A stretch of 64,000 nucleotides of DNA from Phoronis australis (GCA_002633005.1 NMRA01000244.1:364346-428345), one strand, 5' to 3'. Shown: positions 1 to 15,400, counted from the first letter of the stretch. Notes: a model not told the origin generated them from the letters alone. Numbers and translations: made by a program.

Positions 1-108
1 ACAACTGCAAAATTTCCAGAACATCCACTTAGGGGTTTTGGACATACAAAAATGGACGCTGGACGGATAGGGATAACATTGAGTTTATATGTGTATGCAT
101 AAAAATTA
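1..108 (+). mobile_element. 3' end of a HINE-like element
   Basis: aaaatttc...tttgga...ggacgctggacgga...gcataaaaatt resembles 12330-12465. Confidence 0.45.
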
Positions 109-216
109 AATTTATTAAAAAATCTAAAAACAATTGCACTGGACTTGCATATCTTTTCGTTGAAATGTTTGGGAAGACGTTATTATTTTACAAGGCAGCA
201 CTAACTGAGAAATTAC

Positions 217-430
217 CAGTAAAAGAGGACATCCTCATTTGGAGGCGGGATCTTGCGTAATGTGACCTTCTGCCAACCGATCATGACACAGCCCTTCTTG
301 TAAGAGGGTTGAACATGAATGATCGGCGGTAAAGGTCGTTTCGGACATGTTATCTTGATTGGCAGCGACTGGTCACTGTTTCCAACTGGATGTTTGGTTA
401 TTGTCATCAACGTAACGTTGACAGTTTTAC
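217..430 (-). CDS. Exon 40, KTVNVTLMTIT...SDQSLPIKITCPKRPLPP...IGWQK...; gene continues left of the window
   Basis: tctcag| and TG|gtaatt, phase 1 to 2. Confidence 0.85.
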
Positions 431-3400
431 CTGAGAACGACAAAAACAATGTCACAATAATGTCCAAAATGAAGTATTGGGTAAACCTGACCAAAAACAA
501 ACAAACAAACACATTCCCCTTAACAACTAGCCTAGGGTGATAATATTGAGGGAGTGAAAAACAAAACATGGATACTTATTTTGAGTGAAATTTCCTTGAG
601 GTAGGTGTTAAACTGAAGATGGGTGTTAACACAAACAGATAAAGCAAAATATCAACAGGTGAAAATGCCAGTTGAAATTGTTGCACGTTCACTAAAATAA
701 AATTTTATTTAAGAGTAAATTATTGATGAGCATTTTTAAAATCCAAAGTTTGTGATTTTCGTGGTGAGCATAAAAATAATCGGAACATGTTCCGTAAATA
801 ATTGAAAAGTCTATTTCAAACCTGGCTTCAAGTTGTCAATGTTCGTCTGGCGTACTATAGCTCCGAGTGTCTCTCCAGCTTTCTGCCCATCAAGCATGAC
901 ATCATAGCCCGCAATGTGGATATCTTCATGACATTTACCTGGCTCCCACTCTAGGCTCACCTGAAGCATAATCAGTCAGTCAAGTAAACACCCTTGTATC
1001 ATATTTCAATACTTTCGTTACAAAAATGTTATATTGATACAACATAGCTTAGGGCAATTCTTCACGTATTTAGCGTACAATATGGCCGACAAGTGAAATT
1101 CCATTCTATAAATAGCCTCCACAGAAATGAAAATTAAGAAATTAAATTTTAGCTCATTAGTACCATGGTTTGTACTGAATGTGTAGACGTCACGAAGCAA
1201 AATTTGACATAGTTTCAATTATTTGCAGCAAGCTAATCAGTCTTGAAAAATAACGATTAAATTGGTGATTATTTTTGAGCAAAATATGTAGTGAACTACC
1301 ATAGTCAATAAACAGAAAACCAAAAACAAAATACTTGGGACGAGTTGATCCTATCACCTTCCATTCAAACAAACTTGTATAATTACAATAAAATTGAATC
1401 TATTAACTTTAGGAACGCAGGCGAAGATAAATAAGCTATTGCTAAAGGTGTGACATATCGAGATTGCCGGGTAAAAAACAGACAAAGTTATGAGAAAGAC
1501 CAATAATGTCCTAATAGGTCTTACACTAATTGCATGGTCTTAGTAGTACAAAATTTACCAATGTGCTATAACTATCTGTCTGAGACTGACAATTATTTTC
1601 TCTACTTCATTCCTTAAACTGGCAGACATCATTATTGCACTATAGCTCATTAACCAAACCATAACCAGGTAACACCTTCAGACATCATTAGTCCAGACTA
1701 CCTGATAAAGATGGGCTGACTTGGCCCAGACCTTGGGTGGATCAGGCTTGCCTAGGGTGGTGTAATACATTATGGCTGAGGAGAACTGCAGCTCACTGGA
1801 CACTTGACCAGTGTCCAGACTGTAAGTAGCCACCACATAAATCCTGTGAAAAAGAAGCAACAGTTACTGCTGGTCAATCCAGAGATGGTGGTCAATTGGT
1901 CAGTCAGTGATGGACTGAGCTGGTCATCTGTGGTTCAATTAAGTGCTTGATACAGTTCAATTTATCTCCATGTTAACTCTGTGCAAAAATAGCTAGAGCA
2001 GACACGAGTACTCATTTAATAGCAGTGCTCACCACAACACAAAATTAAAACTAGTGAAACACCTGATGCTGTGAGAGTCAAAACACTGAGATGTCATTAA
2101 TCTTTCTTCTACAAAAAAAATAACATTTATCATTCACCACTTGTCAGGTACCCCCTTATCAGTACAGTGTCAATATATCGCCAAGAGGCTGTGTGTACAG
2201 TAAAGGCACATTATATGAGATTAACAAGTCTGCTTGATAAGGAATACCATGAGTTAATGTGTACAGTTAGGGCACATTACATGAAATTAACATGTCTGTT
2301 TGATTAGGAATACCAAAATCACGCTCTGTAACCACACTACACAATACGATATATTGAACATAATCCATGTTTAATCTTCACAACAAATTCCTAGATGATA
2401 AACATAGTGATACCCATGCTTTCACTGAAACAGTGAATGAAGCGTAAATGACATACGACTATTTCTCACGTCTAGTTTGAACTCCAACTGGATTTGTAAG
2501 AAATAAACAATGCAGGAATTGACAGAAGAAGTGAGACGTAATTTTACCTGCGATTACAAACAACAACACGTCAGTCATCGTCAACGATGTATTAATGCAT
2601 GATACCTGTTAAGAATGGCTAGTTAAATTCCAACAAACATTCTGCATCTACTGACGTCAGCTCTGACTTTTATTCACAACAACTAGCCAGAGAACAGTGT
2701 CCCAAAGTTATAACCAGTTAAGAAAGCTATCAGCAAAGAACTCTGGGTGAAATGTGAGATAAGGGAGAACATATAGCTTACATACACAAACGGTATCACA
2801 AAGGATTAGGCTTTACCCAGTCGTCATTGGAAATAAAGACGGGACTGCATTATTGAAATAAATTTGCAAGATCCTTTCAAGTAAACAATGAATGAAACAC
2901 TATTACTCAAGTAACACCCAGCTAGTGAGCAACCCTAAAGAGTGCTCCAATCTCAACACTCAGCTATACAAAGCTAGTAAACTTTGAATGACTTAAAATG
3001 CCCATAAAACATGTCTAAACTCTCACCAGATTCACTGGTTGGTTCAAACTCCATACTACTTGAACCCAGACAACCCTTAGGTCACTATAGGCTTCATGGA
3101 CTATTACATGGTCAATGAGGCAGCATTGTGCAGACATAAGCCTCATTCCACACAGTCAATGTTTTGAATAAACACAGGATGAATACAACATCAACAAACA
3201 GTTGAATACTGAGCCTTGCCAGCTCTAACCTCAACAGCACTACACAATAACTGGATAATGAAGAGATAAAGGAGGTATCACCTGTCATAGCTGTTTGTTT
3301 AGCAACAGCCATTTCAAATGCCAACTGCAGAATGAAAACTTTCAGGTTTATTGTTATTTATGATCCACATATGTCCCCAGATAAGATAAATGATTTGTTG

Positions 3401-6400
3401 GTTGCAAGCTCTTACCAGAGATGAAAAGGAGACTGATGTAGGTGATATAAGGTCATTTATTATGACTAGTACAATTACAATAAAATGAATAGAGTTAAAT
3501 AACATATAATAGGTAATCTCTGGTAAGATGGGCAATAAAAAGTGCCACAGAGATGTTGTAAGACAGCTCATGCCCATCGTTATATTGGAGCCTGAAAGAT
3601 GGCAGCACTAGATGGACTGGTCTGTCAACTTAATTCATGAGTTGTTAGTTTTGGTTAATGAAGCATGAAAATGTTTAGTTAGATGAATGATGTCATTCAG
3701 CTGGATGCTATTTATAGCAGACAATTTAGTTTTGTTCAGCAAGTTGCCTCCTGGGTATAGGAATCAAGTTTTGTTTTCACGAAAATAAAAGCAATGGGGC
3801 TATTCAACAATCTTTACATTACAACAGGGAGCGCCTGTACTACTGGTGATAGACTAAGTCGTCTGATTTCGCGAGCCGGTGAAATGGCTTGCAGCCGTGC
3901 CAACTGAATCTGAGATTGGAGATTGCGGGAATAGGGTGCTTCTATGAGAGGATCGAGTAAGCATGATCTTATACAAAGGTAAGGTTTGTGATAATTTTAA
4001 CGATTACTCCATGTTTAAAAATTAATACTAATACCGGTTAACTGAGGTACTGGCCGACGTCCACTTCGCAGCAGTCGCCAGTCGGGTTAATCATTGTTTG
4101 TTGTGATGTGTGTTAATCACGATACTTGACGTAGCACTCGGGATCTTTTCGTATATCAAAGCAGTATTATTGTTTGGAATGATTTCTAACAGGTTTATCA
4201 GTGACAGTTATACCAATCAATGCTAAATGTTTATGTTGTCAACTCATATTTGTTAGTGAGGTGAGATTACAATCCAAGCCCAAAGGGTATGTGACAAATC
4301 CATTAAACAATTTGTTTACTCAATATCCTATGTCGTCTGCCCGGATTCTATTACATGTTGACATGGAAATATATCATATTTGTTGTTTTTACCTGACCTT
4401 TGGTTTTTAGGTTTGAGGGCTATTCCCGGAAGAGGGGATAAGCATCACTTCTGTAGCCATCCCTGAATAGACAACAACTGGTTTTATGCAGTTGACTGCA
4501 GGCAGCTAACCAGGAAGATCTTCCTATCTAGTGCAGATCTGTTGGCAAAGCCTACTTTCTATATCGGAGACAAAAAACAAAGCCTTTGAAAAGGGACAGC
4601 TATTTTTAAGGAAAGATGTGTAAGTTGTTTGTTAATTTACTTATTCAGGTGCTTAGCGGGAGGTTGGCATAGGGGGTTGTAAACTTTGGTGCAACTCAAT
4701 GTGTGGAAATAACAGGTAAGAGTGTCCAGGGAAAAGGTCATGGTGAGGTAATTCTTAAACGTCATGAAGTTCTTTAACGTTTCATGAAACTGTTTTACTA
4801 CGAACTTTGAATCCCTAAAAACATATAACATTCTCTGAATACTCAACTACTGAACAGTCTTAACTCATGCCTTGAAATGTTGCAAGTCGTTTATAAATTC
4901 ATATGACTGTCATTTTTGTGAAAATTGCATTTTTGATGTGAACTTACGAGTGAGGTCGTGTTTGAACATAATTTATTCTTACTGCAAATACGCAAACAAT
5001 GGCGCCTCAGGAGTTTTAATTACTCTTAAACAACAGAAACATCATCCATCATTTTTTAAGTTACCCAGGTTTTCATATCCTCTATCAAAAGAAAAATAAA
5101 AAACCCAGAAACATTTCCCTCAGCCTTAGACCAGAAGTGTGATTGACAGACCCAAGAATCTGTAATCAGTGTTTATATTTGCTGAAAGTATCAAAAATCA
5201 CAAGGCTTGAAAATGTTAACAAAGGTTTGAAGTTGTCTCAAATAACTTGCATATTTTGCAGACGATGCATTTAAAGCATTGTTATGGCTAGGAATGAAAA
5301 ATAAAGAAGCAGTTCTAAACAAATCAATACTTATTATATTATATACACTCTTGCTTTCTGGAAATAGTAATTATTTAATTTTGTGTGAAATTGTAAAGCA
5401 GTTACCATATCATATTATTGAAAAACAAGGCAAACGTTTTTGATCCAACCTGACAAACTTAATTATTCATGTTTCAATATTTGTTCCAAGGTTCAGTGAC
5501 ATTTTTAAGGCCACTTCAAGCTGCAACATAGAGAAGCTTTGTTACTCCTTTCTCTTCCCACAGCATGTCGTCCACTCACCAGTAGTGCTGAATGGCACAA
5601 TGTACAAGACAGTGGCCCTGGAGAAATGTGAATCGCAGTACTAAGTTACCATATGAAAATGTGCCAATGGATTGTTTGTGTGTGTGAAGAGGAACTATAT
5701 CCGACTGCTACACAAGCCAGCCTCATTGGTGAGGATGCCCTTTCATAGGCTATGAGTCGTGTGGACAACAATAGCTTATTTCCTTTCCTAGAAAAAACAT
5801 GAGGGACTGAAGCTTAAGACAAACACTTTGGTCTATTTCAAGGTCATATTTTAGGCACAAAGCGAGTCATGTGATATGATGTTGTGTTTACCTTCAAGGA
5901 TTTAATCATGGACTATTGATGATGAATGACGTTACATGAAGGAAAACAAAGTACCAAAACTGGATCTATAGGCCATTGAAACTCGATCCCAGTGAAATGA
6001 AAACCAAATGCATCTGATATAAATACCCGTCCTTTCTCACTGAGTGATAATAACTTTTCCTTTCAGAAGTAAGGCTTTATACTAATGGTAAAAACTTTTC
6101 AACTTGGTACGCATTATGTGGAAATGACATTCAGTGACTACATCGATTGTCTTATTGTCAGTAGAAAGACCGTTAATGTTACACTTTGATGATCAAATAA
6201 ATTTTTCATCCACAGGCAAGTTTGTCACTAATTATTCAAACCACAATATTTCTTCAGTTTTAAAGCCCCATACAATGCAGTTGTGCTGCTTCTTTATAAA
6301 GCTGACGTGATTACAGATTACGCTTGCGAATTGTCATTTTCCCGTTGACCTATAGAAATGTCCAGTGATCAAAATGAAGTATTCCCCTTATTGTATTTGA

Positions 6401-9400
6401 TGTCTTTATGTGTGAAACTATTTTTAGAGCTTTCTTAAGAAGGCTTTTTGAAGTTTGGTGTTAACTTGTCAATAACAAAAGTTCCACATGCAAGTAAAGT
6501 GTGTTTTCAATTGTAGCTAACTGGATAAGAATCTGCTATGCACAAGATTCGAGAATAAACAATAATCAGTGTATTTAAAAGCTAAATGGCAAACTGAACA
6601 ACCACATATATACAACGGAAAAACATTACGTGTAAAACACAAGTGTAATTTTCCCAATTTAAAAGAGTCCAAAATCAGTGATATCAAGGTCTGATTTTCT
6701 GAATTGACAGGATCAATTCCCTCAGGTTATTGCTGAAGGACTGCTTTTCACTTTGTCGAAATGTAAAATAGACGGTAAGGCGACTGGTTTCAGTCATTTT
6801 CTCTCACCTGTAACAGAGAAATATTACCAAATTATAAAAGAAAACACAAGACAAACATACTTTTCTAAGGCAGAACATACTTGACATTCCATCTTCATGT
6901 GTATATGTAGAAACTAATAATCTGTGTACCTAAGCCTTATTTAATATCTGAATTGAAATATGTGAAACAGGCTAAAAGTAATTTAAGAACGTGTATTTTT
7001 CATGACACCTAAAATGTGTTTATAAAATAAAATTCATTCTAGGTGTCAAAATTTATTCCACTGCAACGTTACGAATTTACTGAATAGCTCATTCATGTTA
7101 ATTCGGTAACTAATCTGGTAGTCCTGGGGGTGGGGTCAGTTACAAAATAAGGAGACTCATCAATCTAGAGAATTTTATTGGAAAGCATAGTTTTGTAAAG
7201 TAACTGCAGTGAAAAAGTCACCATTGACTTCTGCGCGGCATGTCCCATAAACCTCTTAAATTGGGAGCACTCCCACTCACGACAATATGTGGATATGTGC
7301 TGCTAGCCTACCATCCGGGTGCCGGGTGAGTTTATGAGGAGAAACACTTAGTTCCACTGAATAAACTCAGTGGGGTAGCTGGTGGGCACAACATCACTGA
7401 GCGATGCCGATAGAAACTTAATTGCTAAAAACTTACCAAGTTACGGGATTATGTGGTCTCGCAATGGAAATGCAGTGCACACGTGAGGCTTTGGCATCCA
7501 TGCAGTTTTTGTCACTTGGTAGACACTTTTGACCACAATTCTCCATGCCTGTAGTAACCTTAGGTCTTTTCGGAATTTGTGACCACCTGTCAAAGACTTG
7601 CACCAGGGAAAATAGTAATAATAAGGCTTAGCGCGATGACGTATTTTGATATCAATTCGTCTTTCTACAGACAGCGATGCATGCGCAAGTCAATCACCAC
7701 TAGTACAGCAGCGACACCGCGTCGAATAGCCCCATTAAATCACATTTATATATTAAATACCATCAGCTGATTAATTCTAAATTTGTAATGTTTGACTCGA
7801 TAACTTCATCTCCATTTTCACAATGCAAAATGAATGGAGTTTTAAGCTGCTGAAAAAATAATTCTCATTCAAACAGGACGCCCTGACATTCAGTAATACG
7901 AAGCAGAAGATTAACACACCCATAGAAGAGGTACACAGGAAACTTTGCTCAGATGGGAGATTTTTTCAAAATAAGTGTTCCTACAAATAGGTGGCCTTTC
8001 TGTTAAAAGTCCCTGTAAAAGGCCGATTTTCCCCGATTTAATAGCCAAAAAAGCATTATTCTAAAAATTCTTCAATCTGGACACAAATAATTGCTAACAA
8101 TGACTTATTTCTATTTTTCAGAGGCTTATCACATTATTGTAAACATTCAAAATTTTACCAAACATTTGGTAACAGTTACGCCATACAAATAATGCTTGGT
8201 AACAGTTACGCCACACAAATAATGCTTGGTAACAGTTACACCATACAAACCATGCTAACAGCAAAGCTGTAATTTTTCTATAATTTGATGAATGAAATTT
8301 CACATGCCCCCGCCATATCGTGTGCCAAACTCCCGGAATTTTTACCCTAGACCCTCCATATTTCCCAGCAGGCAACTAATTTCCTTCTTAACCCTTGACT
8401 ACAGTAGGTACCTAACCACAGCCCTGGATTTTTATGAAGGCTTGTTTTGTTTAGGGATTAGGCAACAGAGATGAATACCAGTGACAGCCACTGCCATGTC
8501 AGGGCACTTTATTTTGTCATTGAAAATTGATCTTTTCATTGACTGAATGACAAAACAGGGTTAAGAATTAAAGAGACACCATTTGCAACTGCTGTCTCTT
8601 TGTTAAGACATCCCAACAAGTATTGTGTTGTCCAGCCTCTACCAGGTAACCTGTCTGAGTAGTACAATGGTGGACTTGACTTCTATGTACAACCCATTAT
8701 CATAACACCAAAGAATGCAGAAATTTGACTTGGGGCAGGGCATAATGAGGGTTCACCATGGCAGTTTAGAAACACAAAGGCTCTTTTCTCCAAGTAGAAA
8801 AACCAGCAGCAGAGTTTTTAAAAATTCCATTACAAAAAAATGTTTTCACTTTTAACAACAGGCCATTTCTTCCTGAACTAATTTATGCTAAATGTCAGCT
8901 GTCCAGGAGCCCCTACGGAAGGGTCAGGCTGACTAGACTAGTCCCTATAAAGTGCCGTGCTTCTGGAACAAAACGAATTTGCTAAAGGATGACTGTGATG
9001 GAATTTCCTTATAAATGGGTCACTTTTACAAATCCATTGTCCCAATGGGTAATTATTTTCCGGCTGGAGCCGCCCTCCAACATCAAAAAATATACTATTA
9101 GTTGAGTATCCCCGCCCCAGGAACAAGATATTCACTAACAGTGATCAGTGGGGTCATACAACTTGTCGACAGCGTGTTGACAACATGTTTGTCCCATAAT
9201 TTAACGTCCTGTCACATAAGGCCAATCTTGCCAAACATAGGGGGACACTTGAATAACTGATCTTCCTCAACAAAGTACCTGTATGTTGCCCCGGGAGACA
9301 GTCCTTTGACCAAACACTCATTGTCATCTGTGATGTTCCAACAGTGTTGTAACGCAGGACCACTGATCTCAGATTGAAGACATTCAAAGCTGGAAATACA

Positions 9401-12400
9401 AAAACATTTTTAAAAGTGACTTTAAACTCACCTGCTTGCTTATTCCATACTTCACTTTCTTGTTGTACATGAGATCTCCGGCCAATAACTATTAGTATTA
9501 TACAATTTTATACAATAATTACGCCTTCTCTTCATTTCTGAGAATCCACCTAATGATGTAAATATTGTTAATATCCTCATCACTTTTTATTTCTTTTTTA
9601 TTTAATTTACTAGGATTAAATAAAAATTATCATAGCTCTCAGTGATAACGTTGTAGAAATTTAAAGCTGAAAAATAGGAAAATAATTCATTTTTACAATC
9701 TGCAAAACAACGAAACACTTAATTTTCACCTGCTGGCTAATCAATGTGACTATCACAAAGAATAGTATCAACAAGTATTTCTCACAGTAAACAATAGATG
9801 GCAGCACCATGATTTTCACTCATTTCCCCATAATCAAATTCAAGAAGTTTACAATGACCTTGACCCAAATTCAAGGAATATTTGCAGGCACTTCCAGACA
9901 ATAGTAAACACAATTTCAAGGCACTAAAATCCCTACCTATATGTGATACACAGTAAAGGTCATAAAGTTAAATGACCGACTGGTCAGCAATGAATTGGCC
10001 ACTGGTTACTGACCGGTCATCTACCAACTCTGACCAGACTACCAGTGGTCAATGACTCAGTTACCACTGTGGTTGCCATGACCAGGGTGGGATTATGCAG
10101 ATGTCCTCAGTTACCACTAGGTTGCCTAGATACAGCGTTAATTAAATTTCTGGGCTGTGATATAACAGTAATACTCTTTATTTCCGCAGTCACCATGTTC
10201 CAAGAGCCTTCTTCTAGGTTTTTAAAAAACAATGCATTCTGCTCTTACTCACAGTAAAAAACGCGATTTTTCCACGTTCCTCGTTATATTTATGTCTCAG
10301 TTGCATTGTTTTCTAAGTATGAAAAGAGGCTTTTTTAAAATGACGACTGCGTGAATAAGGTCTATTCTTTACTCATTATGCATAAAATAATTGAAAAAAA
10401 TTATCATTTTTCTGTTGTTCAAAGGATGACCTATTTTGATGCAAATGATAGAAAATTTACCAAATGTTGCTTAATCCTAATTTTTGTTGATGAACTTGGC
10501 AAAAAATTCACTCGTTTCCCCCATTGTGTGCTGAATAGGTGAAGGGATACCATATCTATTGCCTTTACTTACGAAATAAAATAATTAAATACACCAATTA
10601 CGAGTTTATGAGTTTGTTATCCAACAGAATAAAGAACAAACTTTAGGAAAACGAACATCTGACTAGAGCTGTTAAATTATGCTGACCACATCGAAGTGCT
10701 TTTTAGTTTTAACAACTGTAAAAATGTAACCAGAGCAACGCGGAGCATTGAAATGGTTGCTTATTTGTGTCATAAAATGGCCACTAGATGGCGCAAACAC
10801 ATAAAATCCGTCCAAAAATGGGAACGTGTCATTGCTTTTTTAATAGAAAGCTATACACCAAATTCCAAATTTCATATAAATCCGCCAAGGAACTTCAGAG
10901 AAACAAAGGAAAACAGGGGGCACAGTGTTCATTGGATCCGCCTGAAAGTCGTCAATGGCTGTTGTTCGCTTCATATAAATACACTTACTAAATTTAGTAA
11001 AGATCCTCCAGTGGGTTTAAGAGATACAACTTTAGGCGCAAAACAAAACAAAACTACCACAAGGAGGCGCCAGAGTAGTCAAAGTCGTCATCATCAACCG
11101 TTCTCTTCACACTGAGAACATATACGCCAATTTTCAAAACCATCCTTAGAATGATTTGGTTAATAAAGAGGCAGAGTAAGACGCCAAAAAACAGACTCGA
11201 AAAGAGCAAAAGTGGCCATTAAGTGGCGCAAATTACCTTGATTCCATCCAAAAACGGGAGGATAGCGTCATCCCATCAATAGATGCCCGTATTCAAAATT
11301 TTATGAAAATCTGTTGAGGACCTTTGAAGATACAGAGGTAAACGTAAAACTTAAATTGCCACCAGGGGGCATACAAGTACTCAGATTCATCCCAAAATCA
11401 TCGTCGTTCGTTGTCAACATCGCATAAACACACTTCTTAAATTCAGTAAAGATCCTACAAAGGGTTTTGGCGATACAGTCATGGGTGCAAAAAAGAAAGT
11501 GCCACTAGGAGGTGCCACAGTAGTCGAAGTCATCGGAAAATCATCGTCAGCCGTCCACTTCATAGAAAAAACATACATGCCAATTTTCACAATTATCCTG
11601 AAAGCGATTTGGTTTATAAAGGGGTGGATGCCAAAAAACACTCGAAAACAGTAAAAATGTCCACTAGGTGGCGCAAACTAGGTCGAATGCATCTGAAAAT
11701 GGAAAAATAACGTCACCTCACTAACAGAAGCCTGTAAGCCAAATTTCATGAAAATAAATTGAGGACCTTTGAAGATACAGAGGAAAACATAAAAAATAAA
11801 ATTGCCACTAGGTGGCACACCAGTAGTCAGATCTGTCTGAAAGTTGTCGTCGTCCATTGTCAACATCATATAAATGCACTTACTAAATTTAGTAAAGATG
11901 CTGCAAAATGGTTTAGGAGATAAAGCCATAGGCGCAAAAAAAACTGCCGCTAGGAGGCGCCACAGTAGTTGAAGTCTTCGGAAAATCAACATCAACTGTC
12001 CTCTTCATAGTAAGAACATACATGCCAATTTTCACAATCATGCTTAGAGTGGTTTGGTTGATAGAGGGGTGGACGTCAAAAAACAGACTCGAAAACAGTA
12101 AAAATATCCACTAGGTGGCGTAAACTACGTCGAATCCATCCGAAAACAGGAGGATGTCGTTGTTTCACTAATAGATGCCTATATACTAAATTTCATGAAA
12201 ATACCTTGAGGACCTTTGAAGATACACAGGTAAACGTAAAAAACTAAAATTGCCACTAGGGGGCACACTGGTAGTTGGATCCATCCGAAAGTTTGCTCAT
12301 GCCATCCTATCCATGAAAGGAACACGTGCAAAATTTCATGAACATAGTTTTACGTCAATCGATTTTGGAGATAGAGCAGCGGACGCCGGCTGGACGCCAC

Positions 12401-15400
12401 CCGAACGGATGGACACAGATGACGGCATAATGCGTCCACATATAAATATGTGGGCGCATAAAAATTAAATGAAGTTACAAACTGGGTCAACAAACTACAG
12501 CAAAACTAATGTTCATGCAAAGTACATGGATTTTCAAAATCAACAACCAAAATCAGAAACTTTTGGTGTACAGAAGGATTTTTTAAAATGCCACGTTCAC
12601 CTTATTTTTGTGGTCAGCACCGTATTTCACTTATTTGTGGACATAGTATGAAAACGCAATTTTCAAAAGAAAAAAAAACAATGCATCACATCTGCACTCA
12701 AATAGTATACTGCTATGGATGGAAAAATTTTTAAACGGATATGAGTCTTGAAAACATCGTATTCCCTACATTTTTGTGGATAGACAAAAATGCAATTCCC
12801 CCCTCCCCCCAAAAAAACAATACATGATATCACACAAAATAGCACATTCGTGTGGATAAAAGACTTTTTGAAACAACATAAAAACAGAGTCATATAAAAA
12901 CTACAAAGCCTTATACTAACAATGAGATCTGACCATTGAAATTACTGGCACTGTTAATGGCTTGTTCAAATTAAAGAGTTGGCAGTTAGTTGCAGCCAAC
13001 AGTGCTAAAAAATTAGCAGAGCAGTCGACTAGTTTTCCAACAACACAGAGAAAAATTTGTGACGTGCTGCAAACAGGGAAGAGGGTTCAAAAACAAAACA
13101 GTATTTTTTAAATTCTCAAGCACTGGGTGGCATTGGCTTTTTCCTGAATATTTTAAATGCCAGTAACTATTTGACAGTATTAGGAATACAAACAATTGAA
13201 GCAATGCTATGAAATACCATTTTTCAAATCTAATAGTGGATGTCAAAGGTCACCACAAGACTTCTCCCACCTTGACTCCATCAATAGATACAGTTACTGC
13301 CTCTATGGACGAACTCATAAACTCTTTCCAACATTAACTTATAATATCTTTTCAAATTACATAAAATAAAAATATCTTTTCCACTATCTGTTTCCAACAC
13401 TTTAAAGTGAACACTTTTTGAAATAACCTTGATGAGGTGATTAAAAAATCTGGTAAAATCTTTTAGTCAATTGACTGTCGCTTTTATGAAATTAGATATT
13501 TTTTTGTTTTAAACATGATCTAAAAAAATAAATTGTGAGCAGCTTTGTGTTACGCAGATTTTCCCCCAAAATGACACAATGATAACAGCTGTTCAACTCC
13601 TTATCAGCTATCAAAATCCTTCTTTAAAACACCATTAGAAGAAAAAAAAATGAAAATATTCCATACACCACAAAATAGGTCTGCACAACTTCAATCAGAT
13701 TGGACATATTATAAAGAGAAATGGATATTAAAAAATAAATTAAAATGCCTGAAAATCATTGATAAAAATTTTCTACGTAATTGATATCAGCTTAAGTCAT
13801 CCCACAAATTTTCAAAAAATAGTTCACCAAAAGAAAAGTCAAGAGTGTAAAAAATATAGATTATTTTTCTGTAAAACATGACCTTGCGCTTCTCAGGGTT
13901 TTGAAAAAAAAATTAAAAAAGTATACTAATGCATATAAAAATTTCATCAATAGAGCTGAAAGTGGAGAGAAGAAGAGAAGAAAATAAAGTCCCATGCTGA
14001 CCTTTTGCTACAGACTGTAAAATCTTCTTTGGCATAAATAGACTGTTGGACGCAAAGAACAGTTTTCACAAAATTCTCCATTATTATCTCGTGGTAGGTG
14101 TTACTGCAACATGCTGCTGTATTGGAAAATAAACATTTCCCCTTCTCAATTCTGAACATGTGACACAGGTAAGACAGGTGGGCGTTAATTACATTACCAC
14201 TTGCCGTGTAACAGTGCTAAGCTGGCCATGACTCACTCTCGCTTGTCACGTAATTTTTCCATACCAGAACAAGAATTAAAAACTTGTCATGGCCAAAGTG
14301 ACCAAAGTTATACTTTTCAAGGTAGGTCTAATATTCAAGCCTTTTTCAAGGTCAAATGTATAAAAAAAATGTTCACTTCAAGGACACTTGAAGACTTCAT
14401 GTATTTTTCAAGGTTGACTATGCAAACGAAGAACTTTTCAAGGCCAAGTTAAAAATGAAGTACAGTTCAAGGTCAGTGGAAGTGGGCCCGTCCAATGTCA
14501 CTCACCTCAAGTCACTGTTAACCCACTGATCAAACCTTTGCCCAACAACATTCACAACAAACACTAGCAGGTTGTAGTCTTTATCTGGCTCTGAGAGGAG
14601 GCGCCACCGTACCAGCTCACCATCCCCAGTGTGTTCCACCGAGATGACAGGGGCAGGCAGGATGTCACCATGATCCAGATCACCCTGAAAACAATTAATT
14701 CTAAATTGTAATTGTTATTTTTTAATCAAATTAAATTAAATTATTTATCAACGTATTAAATAATAACTTTCAATTCACTTAAATTGTTTTTAATTCAATT
14801 AAATTCCATTTTCATTGAATTAAATTGTTCTTTAATTCAATTAAATTATTTTTAAATTCAAATAAATTATTTGTAAATTCACTTATTTTTAAAATCAATT
14901 AAGTCATTTTTGATCCAGTTAAATTATTTGACTCTCTGGGCTTTACCCACCTCTTGTTCATATATTTACACAATATATTATTTTGTGTATCTATTTATTC
15001 TTATCCCAGGAGTTTGAACGAATAATAAACAGACAAGACTCCCACATGTTCAACATAACTTGTCACCATACTATTTCTTACTTACTTGTTGAGGTCCATT
15101 GATGAAGGCAGCGGCCCGCACCTCAGTCTGACCTTCACTGACCCCACGTTCAGGGGAGTCCTCAACTCCAATATCGCCCACGTCGTCCACTTGAACTGTG
15201 GCATGGGACTCGCTTCGGGGGCGCCGTTTTCTGAAATTGTGAAAATAAGTTTCTACACATACAACAGCCATATACTGTATTGGAAACTATGAAAGGGTAA
15301 GCATGTCTTATAAATCTTGAAGGCTATGCAGGGCCTTATCTACAAGTCTGAACACTAAGTCAAATATGTTAAAATTAGAAAATTTAACTCAACAAATTAA

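Noticed and set aside
10696-12468. Short ORFs in the ORF track
   Set aside because: They lie within the HINE-like tandem repeat and show no coding features
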